Of a DNA stretch of 64,000 bases, positions 13,464 through 25,200 are shown in pieces (the stretch's first letter is position 1; each line of letters starts with the position of its first letter). Both the position numbers and the translations under genes were made by a program. The stretch spans positions 496,001-560,000 of the forward strand of contig CP075496.1 in NCBI GenBank assembly GCA_021613535.1, written 5' to 3'. This DNA comes from Adineta vaga. Its lineage: Eukaryota; Animalia; Rotifera. Below the pieces are notes generated by a model. That model saw nothing but the letters and a program-made list of their open reading frames with translations, made no database searches and had not been told where the DNA came from.

Positions 13464-15490
13464 GAATTTTTGTTTATCTAAAAGAAAATACAATCTATTA
13501 GTTTTCTATTCGCTTCAATCAACTGATGATATTTGTCATTTTCAATGAACTGAAATTATCTGTTTCTCTAATAATTTATATATTAAGAATATTTAAATAA
13601 GAAGAAAAAAAAAGAGATCTTCTTCTTTTTTTTATTAAATTATAATATATTTCTAAAGTAAAAAGAATATTTTCCAAGAATAATTTCTTTTTCATCTAAC
13701 AATCAATGGTTTCTTTCTTATCTCAATTTAAGTGGTTTCTTCTTCTAATCACTTGTATAATTTCTTCTATGTCAATTGTATTTGAATAAAACGGAAAAGG
13801 AAAAACCATGATGACTTACTTTGTATATTTTGTTCTTTGTTCTGAAAGTAAAGATTGATCTATTGTCTTATTTGAAGAAAACGAGAGAGAGATAGAGAAA
13901 GAAAGAAAAGGACACGGTGGGTGAGGAAAACGACAAGAATAAGAACAAACAAAAACAACATCTGCAGGGTGTTTGACAGAAGAAATAGATAGATGCATTG
14001 CAGAAATATACAGGGTTAAAGCAACTATTCATAGATTAGTGTCAAACGATACAAGATGTGATTATAAATTCTTCAAGAAATATTATTTTGAAAATATAAA
14101 CAAAATCATCAAGAAGAAACAAATCGTTCTTCTTTTACCTGTTTTCTTATTCAAATAATCCTTGATCTTTCTTCTTCTTCTTTTTTTAAGATGATCAATA
14201 ACATTAGTCGATCGTTTATTCTTTTCTCCGATTAATCAATAAAGAAAGAAAATACGAGAAATTATCAAAGAATACCAAATAAGAATTTTCTTCTTTTCTT
14301 ATAAAAAAAAGAAGCAAAGTTCTCTTTTCTAAATTGGTTAATGTTTTATGACAATTAGACAAATATAGAATCTTCTTATATAAACAAATATCTCTTCTCA
14401 TGTTCTTCATGTTAATCGACAAAAAACGAATATTAATAATCAATCTTTCCAACCTGTCAAACAAAATCAATGAATATTTATTTATAAAGATAAAAAGAAA
14501 GACGGAAGTGAAATATTGTTTCTCATTTTTACAAAATTCTTTAACACTTTTCTTCTTTTTTTCTTTTCAAAAAAAAAGAAGTTATTTATTTCTAACAGAT
14601 TTTTCTTTTCTTTTTTTTATATTCTCATTCGAGAAAGAGAGAAATTTAATATATCTTCTCTACTTTGATTTTGGAATGTCTAAATAGATCTATTTATTTA
14701 TATAGTAATGAAGAAAAGAAGAAAAAAATGTATCTTATCAAAATATATAATTAAGAGACATGACATGTCTTTGATGATAACATAAGATATGATATATACT
14801 ACTTATGATTTTTTTTCTTGAAAGAAATCAATAACTTTCTTATCTATTAGTTATTCATCTTACATAAATAGAAATAATAAAATTCATTGAAATCAATATC
14901 ATTAATTAGATTTCTTATCTGAAAAGAATTTTTTCTTTCTTTCTTTCGATTAAATTCAACATGATTATTTATCTTCTTAATATTATTAAAAAGAAAATCA
15001 TTTCTTTCTTTCTTTTCTTATAATAAATATCAATTTACATAAAAATATTCAATCGAATTTCTTTCGTCATAATCGAATAGATTTATTAATGAAAAATGTC
15101 ATAATTTATCTGTCACGCATTGAGATTATCTAATAAAATCTCATTTGATTTATCAATATCGTAATAAAAAAAAAATATCCATCATTAGTTATGTCAAAGT
15201 GAAGAAGATTCTTTATAAAGAAAGTAATTTCTTTTCTCTCGAAATAAAAGATCTCTTGATAAGATATTCTAATTGCCTTATTATCATATACTCTTGAAAA
15301 TAGAATAGAAAAATCTCTTTTAGAATATTAAATACAATCATTTCAATGATTTTGTTTTTCTTCAATAAGTTTCTAACGACATCTTTTGTTTTAGTTATTA
15401 ATTGGTTAAGTTTTTTTGTTCCAATGAAATTTATTTTAACTGAAAATAATAATAAATAAACGAAAAGAAAAAAAGATCTTGTTCAATTCA

Positions 15491-16163
15491 ATGATAAATT
15501 TCATATTTCTTATCTTTTTCTTCGGTTATATTCATTGTTTAACTTATCAAGATGAAATTATTGTTTCCTTAAAAGAAATTGAAGAAATCTATGATGAAAA
15601 TATTGATCCATACAATCCATTAGTTCCATGTGATTTTCTGTAAGAATATTTTGAATAAAAAACTAGAATAAATTCTTTGTTTTAATTTTTAGTCCATCTG
15701 ATTATTATGAATGTGAATCAATAGAAGATATACCTGAAAATGAAACACGATCATGTCAAGTAAAACTATTCAATTGATTTAAGAAAACAGAATTCATCTT
15801 TTTTTCTTTGTTAAGAAAAAGAATGGTCGTCGTTTTGGTGGTGAAAAATATGTTGAAGTTGAACATACATCAATACGTTGTCGAATTTATGATGGAATTC
15901 ATTGTAAAGGAAATCGTACATTTTTCATCGATAATATTCCTTGTATTAAATATTCATCACATTATTTTCTTTCAACTTTATTTTATTCAATATTTTTGGG
16001 TTTATTTGCTGTTGATCGATTTGCACTTGGTCACATTGGAATTGCTGTTGGAAAAATGATAACACTTGGTGGTTTAGGTCTTTGGTGGATTATTGATATT
16101 ATTTTACTTATTTCAGGTAAATTAATGCCACAAGATGATTCTAATTGGATTATTCAACATTAA
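15491..16163 (+). CDS. TM2D2: TM2 domain-containing protein 2-like (3 exons)
   Basis: Exons 15491-15639, 15693-15759, 15816-16163; signal peptide, [74 protein letters not shown]. Confidence 0.9.
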
Positions 16164-16351
16164 CTTATTGTTTTTGTTTTTTCAATTTCACCATCTCATT
16201 TAAAAGTAATTTCTTTTGTAAATAAATCAATAGTTTTCTAAAAAATACTTCATTTTACAAATGAGTAAATCAAATCTGTAATTCTAAAATAAACTTTCAA
16301 ATAAAGCAAGATCAGGCTTTCCTTCAATGTCAATGTTTTTTGTATCATCGA

Positions 16352-16645
16352 ACGATGGAATACATATATTAAACGCTGAATATTATTCTCGTACGACGAT
16401 AAACGATTTAGAAAAGATATTTCGACCAATGGAAAACATAACCATTATCAATGTTAAATAAACTATTGAATGTTTTACATGAAACTGGTTCGATTCTTTC
16501 TCAATTTCTTATTTAATATCTCATTAATTTGTTTTTCATTTTGAAAGAATATGATGAATATGTTTGTAATTGAATCTAACAAGTTTGGAAATTCACTGAT
16601 ATGTTAAAAAATAATTCTTGCCAAATTTCTATCTTATAAAGAGTA
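16352..16645 (+). pseudogene. QNG1 internal relic (exon 4 and decayed exon 5)
   Basis: DGIHILNAEYYSRTTINDLEKIFRPMEN...LNVLHETGSIL matches QNG1 DGIDILNAEYYSRITMYDLENIFRPLEN...LNVLHETGSIL; indels and stops follow. Confidence 0.85.
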
Positions 16646-16936
16646 AATTATTTATTACAAAATGCTTTTTCATTGGTTCAAATAAACGTTTATTTTGTGG
16701 GAATTTGACTAAGTCAAGATGGAATTTCTTTTTTTTCAATTTTTCATTCACATCCAAAGTTTTGAACTGCATTAGAATCAATGATACCTAATAATTACAA
16801 AAGAAACTTTTTGTGTCAGTAATATGTAAGAGTTTAAGAACCAAAGCACAAAAAAATAACATGAATATGAGAAGTTTTAACAAGAACTTGGATAACACCC
16901 CCAAAGAAAATAAATTGCTATATCAAAGCTGCATCT

Positions 16937-17332
16937 TCAATAAGCTAATGTACCCTTGTTTTCATTAACATGAATATCTATTAAAAAGAAAAATGATTAA
17001 AGTGCACTTGAAGAAAATAAAATTACATTCGAGATTTCTTAACTCATTGTTGAGTATACCAAGGTTAAATGAAATTTGATGTACAATTTGAAACAAATTC
17101 ATCCAATAGTATCTTTATTGTCGATGTACGAACATGCTGCCAGGTTTGTTTTTACTTGTTCATATTCACCGGACAAGCGCGTTTCTTCTGATTTTAAACG
17201 TAATAACTAAAATATGAAAATAAAGAGTTTTGAATAAATTCGTGCATCTCTTATATTAAAAAAGATGAACAATCTGACGGAAAAAGACTCCAAAGCAAAA
17301 CATACTTTTTCTAATATAGGAGATATTGCCAT
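16937..17332 (-). pseudogene. Helical microprotein copy 3, frameshifted
   Basis: MAISPILEK | LLRLKSEETRLSGEYEQVKTNLAACSYIDNKD/fs/WMNLFQIVHQISFNLGILNNELRNLE | YIHVNENKGTLAY*; frameshift near 17108. Confidence 0.75.
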
Positions 17333-17627
17333 CTTCTGTTTGCCTTTCGATTTTAGCAATTTCTATGCTTGTCGTCATACTCATCTCTCATTTATGTACG
17401 GAAAATTCATTTAGACGACTTTTTTCTTTATGACGGATGTCGTCCGCAAAAATGAAAGTGATTTAAACTTACGATTGTTCGACGTCGATGCCACCTTTCT
17501 GTCCAAAATATTTATATGATTAATAAAGTTCAGGATCCAATGACATTTGTGTAAGAAAAACGAAGATTAATAAATATGTTTGAAACAAAAAGAAACAATA
17601 TAAACAATTTGTTAATTTTATTTTCAA

Positions 17628-17916
17628 CCCAGGTCGAACGATGCGGTCCGTATACGATCTTTACGATATAAAAACGTATACTCTACTGGCCGTAACACTG
17701 ACCGTATTGTCGGGCGCAGTAATACGGTCCGTTCTGTATCCGTACATAGCCGAAAAGTAGCCGTTTTGGAGGAGAATACAGTGCGTTTACGATGCCGTAA
17801 ATCTGTGCCCGTGATTACGGAACAAAACGGTTCCTTTTCGGCCGTAAAGACACCGTTTTGTCACGGTTTACATTCCGAAAACGCATTGTAAACGACTCCG
17901 TTTTCAACGATCCGGG
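17628..17916. mobile_element. Non-autonomous DNA transposon (MITE) with CCC...GGG ends
   Basis: GC-rich island; imperfect TIRs CCCAGGTCG / CGATCCGGG; flanked by AA on both sides (possible 2-bp TSD); internal CCGTA/TACGG repeats. Confidence 0.65.
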
Positions 17917-18350
17917 AACAAACAATAAACACACGTGCACCTCACCTATGTTTTGTTTCTTAAGATGATTCAAAATCAAAACATGCATTTTCTATACTAT
18001 ATGTGTTTCCAACGCCAGCCTAGATTAGTAAACGATGACTGATTCAAGAAACATTTTCCTGATTCTATTCAATTCTATTAAAACAGAAAATATTTTATTT
18101 AATGAAATTTTATTCCATTAAGAGTAAAAATTCTTAGTAGAACTAAGGGACTCATGTAATTAAAATTGGTTTATTTAATTAAAATCAATTTCAATTTCTA
18201 ATCAAATTTTTAGATATGTTCTTAGTGACATCTTTTATAAATTTTTCTATTGAATAATTTCTTATTCGAATGAAGTTTATTTATCTCTGTTCAGAAAGAA
18301 ATCAGAAAGACAATAAATAAAATGTAAATAAATATCTTCAATCAAATAGA

Positions 18351-18957
18351 ATGATTTCATTCATTTATTCATTCTAATTTATTAATTTTATTCATTGTTT
18401 AACATATCGTGAAGAAATTATTGTTGATAATGATAATAATATCAATCCATATAATCCGCTTGTTCCATGTGATTTTCTGTAAATTATTTTATTTAAAAAT
18501 AAAATTTAATAAAAACAAATAAATTTAGTCCATCTGATTATTATGAATGTGAATCAATAGAAGATATACCTGAAAATGAAACACGATCATGTCAAGTAAT
18601 TATTTTGATTTATTTCGTTGATATATTTTATTTTTCTTTGTTAAGAAAAAGAATGGTCGTCGTTTTGGTGGAGAAAAATATGTTGAAGTTGAACATACAT
18701 CAATACGTTGTCGAATTTATGATGGAATTCATTGTAAAGGAAATCGTACATTTTTCATCGATAATATTCCTTGTATTAAATATTCATCACATTATTTTCT
18801 TTCAACTTTATTTTATTCAATATTTTTGGGTTTATTTGCTGTTGGAAAAATGATAACACTTGGTGGTTTAGGTCTTTGGTGGATTATTGATATTATTTTA
18901 CTTATTTCAGGGAAATTAATGCCACAAGATGATTCTAATTGGATTGTTCAACATTAA
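18351..18957 (+). pseudogene. TM2D2 tandem duplicate, probably non-functional
   Basis: TAA at codon 9 (18375-18377) and in-frame 36-nt deletion of [12 protein letters not shown] at ~18843; exons 2-3 otherwise almost identical to 15693-16163. Confidence 0.82.
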
Positions 18958-20399
18958 ATTTTCATTGAATTGAAATAAATTTTCTATATGAGATTTTATA
19001 TCAATAAATTTATGTCTTTTTTAATTAATATTTCATTGTCTTCTATCCATCACAATTCTTCGTTAGTTTTGTCATACTCTAACTTGCAGTAAATCGATTC
19101 AGATTCGACAACAATTCAACAGAGTTTACGAAAACTTGAAATGATCCATTAATAATTACGGTAGTTCTTTGAAAAACAAGATAATTTAGAAAGAAATAAG
19201 AACAGTTGATCCTGCTGGATTCTTATACACAGTGATGATCATTAGATTCAGCGAATAAAACAGCTGAATCTAGTTTTAGTATCTTGACTTTACTTTGTGT
19301 TTATTCTTTGTAATTCTATGAATAACGATTTTAATTGATCAACCCTATTGAATTTTTATTTAGAAAAATCAATTTATATATTTGATTTCTTATCAAGATA
19401 ATCAATTATCAGATAAGAAAACAATTCACATCTTTTAACTGATCTTCATTCTTTCAATTCAATGAAAACTTTTAGAATAAATCGAAATCTTTAACGATAA
19501 TTCTAAAGAATCTCAACATATCTTTATTTTATCTTAAGTCAAAGAAAACAGCGTTATATCACATCAATACGATCGTAAACGATGCTATTCGTACAATACT
19601 TTTTATCCTGAGATCTGAAGAATATCTTGAAAATAATGAAAAGAAAAACCCGTTTCTTCAATATAGAAAAGTATCTTGATCAGATAAAATTGAATAAACT
19701 TTGTTTTTGTCAATTAAAACAACTAAAAATGTCTTGAATTAATTTCTTGTGATGAAAAATCGATTAATTGAAAATATCCTTGAAGAAAAATATGCAAATG
19801 AAAAGAATATTTATTCATTTTCTCAATCATTAAGTACCTGATGATGTTTTCATTGAATTTTTATGGCAAAGTCAGTAAAACAGTAATGTCTAACATTTAT
19901 ATGTAAATGTTTGAAAGAATAAAAATAATTATAAGTTCAAAATATAAAATTAAATCGATTTTAAAAAGAAAAAAAGATGATTAGTATGATTAGATCTATT
20001 GAAAAAGAATAATGAACAATCTTGAATCTAAAGAATCTTCTTTCAATCAAAGACATGTTGGAAATAAAAAAACGAAAGAGTCCATTCATTAATCATTCAT
20101 TTAGACAATTGAAAATAATTCCACGTTTTTTTTTCTTTTCTTTTTGATAAATCATAACGAAATCTGATTGAAGTACTTCTTTTCTTCTTTAACGGATCTT
20201 TTTATCGAAATATTTATCGGAATATTTTGTTAGAGAAAAAGAAATGAAGAATGTTTTTAATTATTTAATAACATAAGAAGAAGAAAAAGAAGAAAGAATA
20301 TTTCTATTGAATAGAAATCGATGGAGCTTTTTTTATTAGAAGAAGAAGAAGAAGGGAAGAAAAAAAAGCAAAAGAATAAGAATCTTAGTAGTATGAGCA

Positions 20400-22150
20400 A
20401 TTAACTGTCTATTTCATTGATTAGACTAAAAGGAAAAAGAGAAGAGAGGAAAAAAAATGGAAGTTGTCATAAGGAAGGTTTTCTCTCGTTCTTGTTCTCT
20501 GATGTTGTCAGTGCCGCAATCGAGCAAATGAGTTAGTGTCTCGCTCGATGCCGTTGTCCGTGTTGACAAACAATTTCTCTCTCGTCTCTCTTCGTCGTCA
20601 TCGTAATCAATGTATTGCAAATTATATTAGGTGGTGCCCGTGCCTTTTTCTTCTCTATCCGTGCATCTATTTCTTTTTTTTTTCTTTCTTCTTCGTCTTG
20701 TTCTCCTGACATCCAGAACATAACTAGTGACTGACCCATTAGAGTAAATTTCTCTTTTTTCTCATCTCGATAGAATCTTGTCTTTCGTGTTTTGCTCATC
20801 GATCGTTAACAAAGAAAGAAGAAGAAGAAGAAGAAGACGAATAATTTAATCGGCTTCCATCGATTTCTAACAAGACAATAAAAAAAAAGAAGAGATGCAG
20901 TTTTCTTTTCCTTTCATCATTGTAACAATGTCTTTCTGTTTTCTATATGAAAAAAAAGTCAGAGTTATGTGGATCATTCAAACTATAAGTTCTCTGTTAA
21001 GTGTCTCGTGTTACATGATTAAACCAGTCGGTGTGCCGTTCGTTATTCAACCATCTTTTAGTTTAATCAAATGACCACCACGCCTCAAATATGAAAAGAG
21101 AGAGAGAGAGAGCAAGAGAAAAATTGTTGAATTTAATGGAGCGACGCGCCATCATTGAATCAAATCGAAGTAAGAGTCGTCAAACGAACGAGTATGCACA
21201 TACACACAGACGACCGACGATTATAAATTGTCAATGATCTCTCTTTCTCTTCTCTCTTATATGCACCACCATCTACTGTGCTTCACCGGCAACAAGCACA
21301 GAGAGTCATAATGACTATCGGGCAGAGAAGAGAGAGCAAGGAAATTTTTGCGTTCTTTCTCTTTCGTCGCTATTCAGTTGATTAGGTAATCATAGATAGA
21401 GACAAAGCTCGATGTTGTGTTTTTTTCTTCTTTTCTTTCTTTCTTTTTTCTTCTTCTGTATGTATGTCTCAACACCATCGATCTAAATGAGAATGAGGTG
21501 GTTCGACTGTAATAACGAAAGGTACATATATGAAGAAATATTCGAATGAGTTGAGAGTATTCAATGTTTTTAATCATTTTTGTTCTGGTCCCGAATCGAA
21601 CATCGTCGAGAGGCACATATTCGTCGATAAACGGAACTCTCTTTTTTTTCTAATCACATTCATCGTCCTTATTCATTAAATTACTCTCTCAGTTCTTTCC
21701 TAGAAAAAGGAATAAGAAGAAGGCGAAGAAGAAAAAGGCACAAGTAGAAGCAGCAGCTAGCAATTAGACAACAACAAGTCTTTCTCTCTCTCTCTCTATG
21801 TTGGTGCAGTGTGATTTGATTTGAGCAGCATGGTTGCCTGCCTCAGCTCAATACAATAATCATTCTCGCTGTTGCTGTCGTCTCTCGCTCGTTAGCGCAC
21901 TCGGCTGCATGAGCAGTCGGTATTGGATTTGCAAGTGCGCATTGCGCCGTCATTCTTTTGTTGTGCCACTCGTTCCCTTTTTTTTTTATCTTTTTCGCTC
22001 GTTCGCTTTGGATTCGAGTAAGAATATTAAAACGCACAAGAAGAACACAATTGTTACTAACACTATATAGACTATCCGACAATTCTCTTTCTTTCCGATA
22101 ATATTTCTATCGATAATCTTTTATATGAATTTATTTTAAAAGATTTTCAA
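20400..22150. promoter_or_regulatory. Probable upstream regulatory / 5'UTR region of the ZFHX gene
   Basis: No coding signal; patches richer in GC/CpG among GA/CT and GAA tracts; several TAAT cores; lies directly upstream of a developmental transcription factor. Confidence 0.4.
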
Positions 22151-22206
22151 AACAGAACAAAAACGAAATTTGAATTCAATGATAACTAAGACTTGTAAAT
22201 GATGTT

Positions 22207-25200
22207 ATGAATGAACCAATTTCAACTCTCACCATTCCGATTGAAGTAAAACGAACTATATTTCTTCTTTTCAATAAATATTCATTTATTTGTAGGTCAT
22301 GGCTGTGGCTGAACAATCGATGTCACCTGAAAATCGCTTATCAAATATTCATTCAAGAAATTCATCGAAAACACTTAAATGTCCAAAATGTAAATATTCT
22401 TTTCTTTTCCTTCTTTTTTCTTTCAAATTAATTTCTTTAAAAAAAAGGTAATTGGCATTATAAATATCAAGAAACATTAGAAATTCATATGAAAGAAAAA
22501 CATCAAATGGGAACAAATTCCGAAGGAAATCTAAATACTTCGAATGAAATTGAAACAAATTGTTCTTATTGTTTATCGAATAGTGTTCATCCTCGTCTTG
22601 CACGCGGTGAACAATATCCATGTGGATTTAAACCATATCGATGTGAATTATGTCTTTATTCGACAACAACGAAAGGAAATTTAGCAATACATATGCAATC
22701 TGATAAACATATGAATAATTGTAAAGATCTATCATCTATTCAACCGATTCCAACAACATCTATTCTTTCACCTGATAATTCTTCTTTTGATCAAACATCA
22801 CAATCACAAGGTTTGTAAATTTACTTTTCTTTCCAATAGATTTTTCTCTCTTGAAAATAACTAATGACAAATTTTTTCCTTTTAACTTTTCTTCGCAATT
22901 TAGAGAAGAAAAAGAGAGAGAGAGTGACAGAATTGTTTTTTCTGTCTTTCGTTTTAATATAATCATTTCAATGAAATAGTTAAGAGAATTTAACTTAAAA
23001 ACAAGAGAAGAAAAATTTTCGATTAGATTTTTCAATAAATAAAAAGAAAAAGAGAAGACAAAAGAAAATTATTCAATAAGGAAGAAGAAGAAGAAGAAGA
23101 AGAAGACGGAGAAGGAGAGAAAGAGAATGATTTATTTTCTTTGTTTTTTCTTGTATTAGTTGTTGCTTGTCATTAATCGTGGTTGGTTCCGTTAATATAA
23201 AAATCTGTTACATCTATCTGTGTTCTATCGGTGAATGTGAAAGATGTGAATAGTCGTCGTCATCGACGTCGTCGTTATTGTCGTTCTCTTTTCTTGAGAG
23301 TAGAGCATAGACACTTTCTCTGTTATAGGTCGCTTATTAGCGGATGGTTATGGTTGGTATCGAAAGCGATATTCGCATTGAGAGTGTCGATGCCAGTTTA
23401 TATGTTAAGAAAGAAAAAGAGGAACGAAATCCATTAGGAATGAGGCGACAGCCGTCGAGAAAGAGAGAAGAAATAATTTATGTAACAATCTCTCTTTCTC
23501 TCTATTCTGTCTAATCGTCGTCGTCGTCGAGCTGCCGCTCATTATGGGTAATTGGCAATCAACGGTCTCCTTTTCCTCTATCCAAACGAGATTCCAAGAC
23601 GTTGCATCTTTTCTTCTCGTTTTTTTTTCTCTCTCTCGTTTTTTCCTTCGTCTTCTTCTTCTCTTAGTATCATAGAACTGACTTGTTACCAGTCGAGTCT
23701 CTCTTTAGATGGTTCGATCGTTAGTTAGTTAATATACATGTTAGCTAATAGTCAATGATAGAATAAGACGATTTCTTTCTTTTTTTTCTAGAAATGAAAG
23801 TGGAAACAGAAACAGCAACATCATCATCATCACCTATCGAAACATTTACATGTCCACTTTGTTCTCAAACGAACTTAAATACATTGGTAAATGAAAATTC
23901 TCATTTTCAAAATCAAATACTTATTTTCTTTCTTTCTTTCTTTCTTTTAAAGGAATCATTGAAAGAACATTTATGTTCAATACATAGTTGTACTCGAGAT
24001 GCATTGAACCGATGTCTATCATTGATCGGAGATTCAGGTATGAGATTATATATCTTTTAAGATATCCATTTAATCTTTTCGAATGATTGTTTATGAAAAG
24101 AATTTGATCATTTCGAAAATCTAAGGAAAACATCGACTAAAAAGAAAGAGAAAAGTAAAATGTACGTCTTAAATGAAATGAATCTAAAAGTAAAATGTTG
24201 GTTGATTTGTATATATGAATGTAAATAATATTGATTGTGAATGAGTAAGTTGAAGTCTACCTTTAATTAACGATAGTGTTGAATAGAAAAATGAAGGAAA
24301 GAAAAAGAAAAGAAGAAAAAAAAGCGAAGAAAAAGAGAGAGGTCATCGTCGAAAGAAGGATGAGGAGGAGAAAATAAATTAGGTTGATGATCTCTATCCA
24401 ATGGTGAACGAAGAGACGAAGAATGAAAAAAAAACGCGAAGTGAGCGAACAATTACTAATTTCATTTATATGTTATTGGTCGTCGTCGTCGATGAGGGTT
24501 CGATGTCATCAACATTTTATTCTGTTCGAAGTAGTGATGGTGGTGGCCTCACAGACAACGCAAAATACCCGAGATTACCCCCTTTGCGTTCTCTTTCTTA
24601 ATGAATGAAAAGAAAAGAAGAAAAAAAAACGAGAAAAAGACGACGATGAAAGCGACCACATTCATTCGCCTTCATTAGACAAACTTATTGACTTGTTTCC
24701 CTTATTCTTCTTTTCTCTTTCCGTTTTTATTCGAAATATTTCAACTTCTTCATCATCTTTTATTTCCATTATTATTGTTTTTTTTCAATAAGATAATTCA
24801 TTTTTCGTATACTGAAAATTCTTTATCGATCAAATTGAAAATCAGCTGAGAAAAAAAAATGACGACGATAAATCTTCTAGCGCCCTCTTTTTCTATTTCA
24901 TTTAATTTCGATTCGAAAAAAACGACGAAAGATTCATTTAATAATATTTTCATTTGTTTTGTTTTTTCTTCTCTTCTCTTTAAAAAGGATTATCATCAAT
25001 GGCCGAACTTAATGATGAATATCGTTGTCATTCATGTCCAAATAAAACATTTAAAGATTTTTATCTTTTATTAAATCATTTTCAAGATCAAAGTAACAAA
25101 AATAAAAATCTCATTTTTGTTTTTCTTTCTTAATAAAATTTCTTTATTTCTTTCACCTAGATCATATAAATGAAGACGAAAAAAATGTTGGATTATTATG

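Noticed and set aside
15808-16059. ORF-track peptides MLRKRMVV (and the twin at 18605-18853)
   Set aside because: Off-frame shadows of TM2D2 exon 3.
20426-22082. Short ORFs upstream of ZFHX
   Set aside because: Low-complexity K/E/R/F translations of GA/CT tracts with no splice or homology support.
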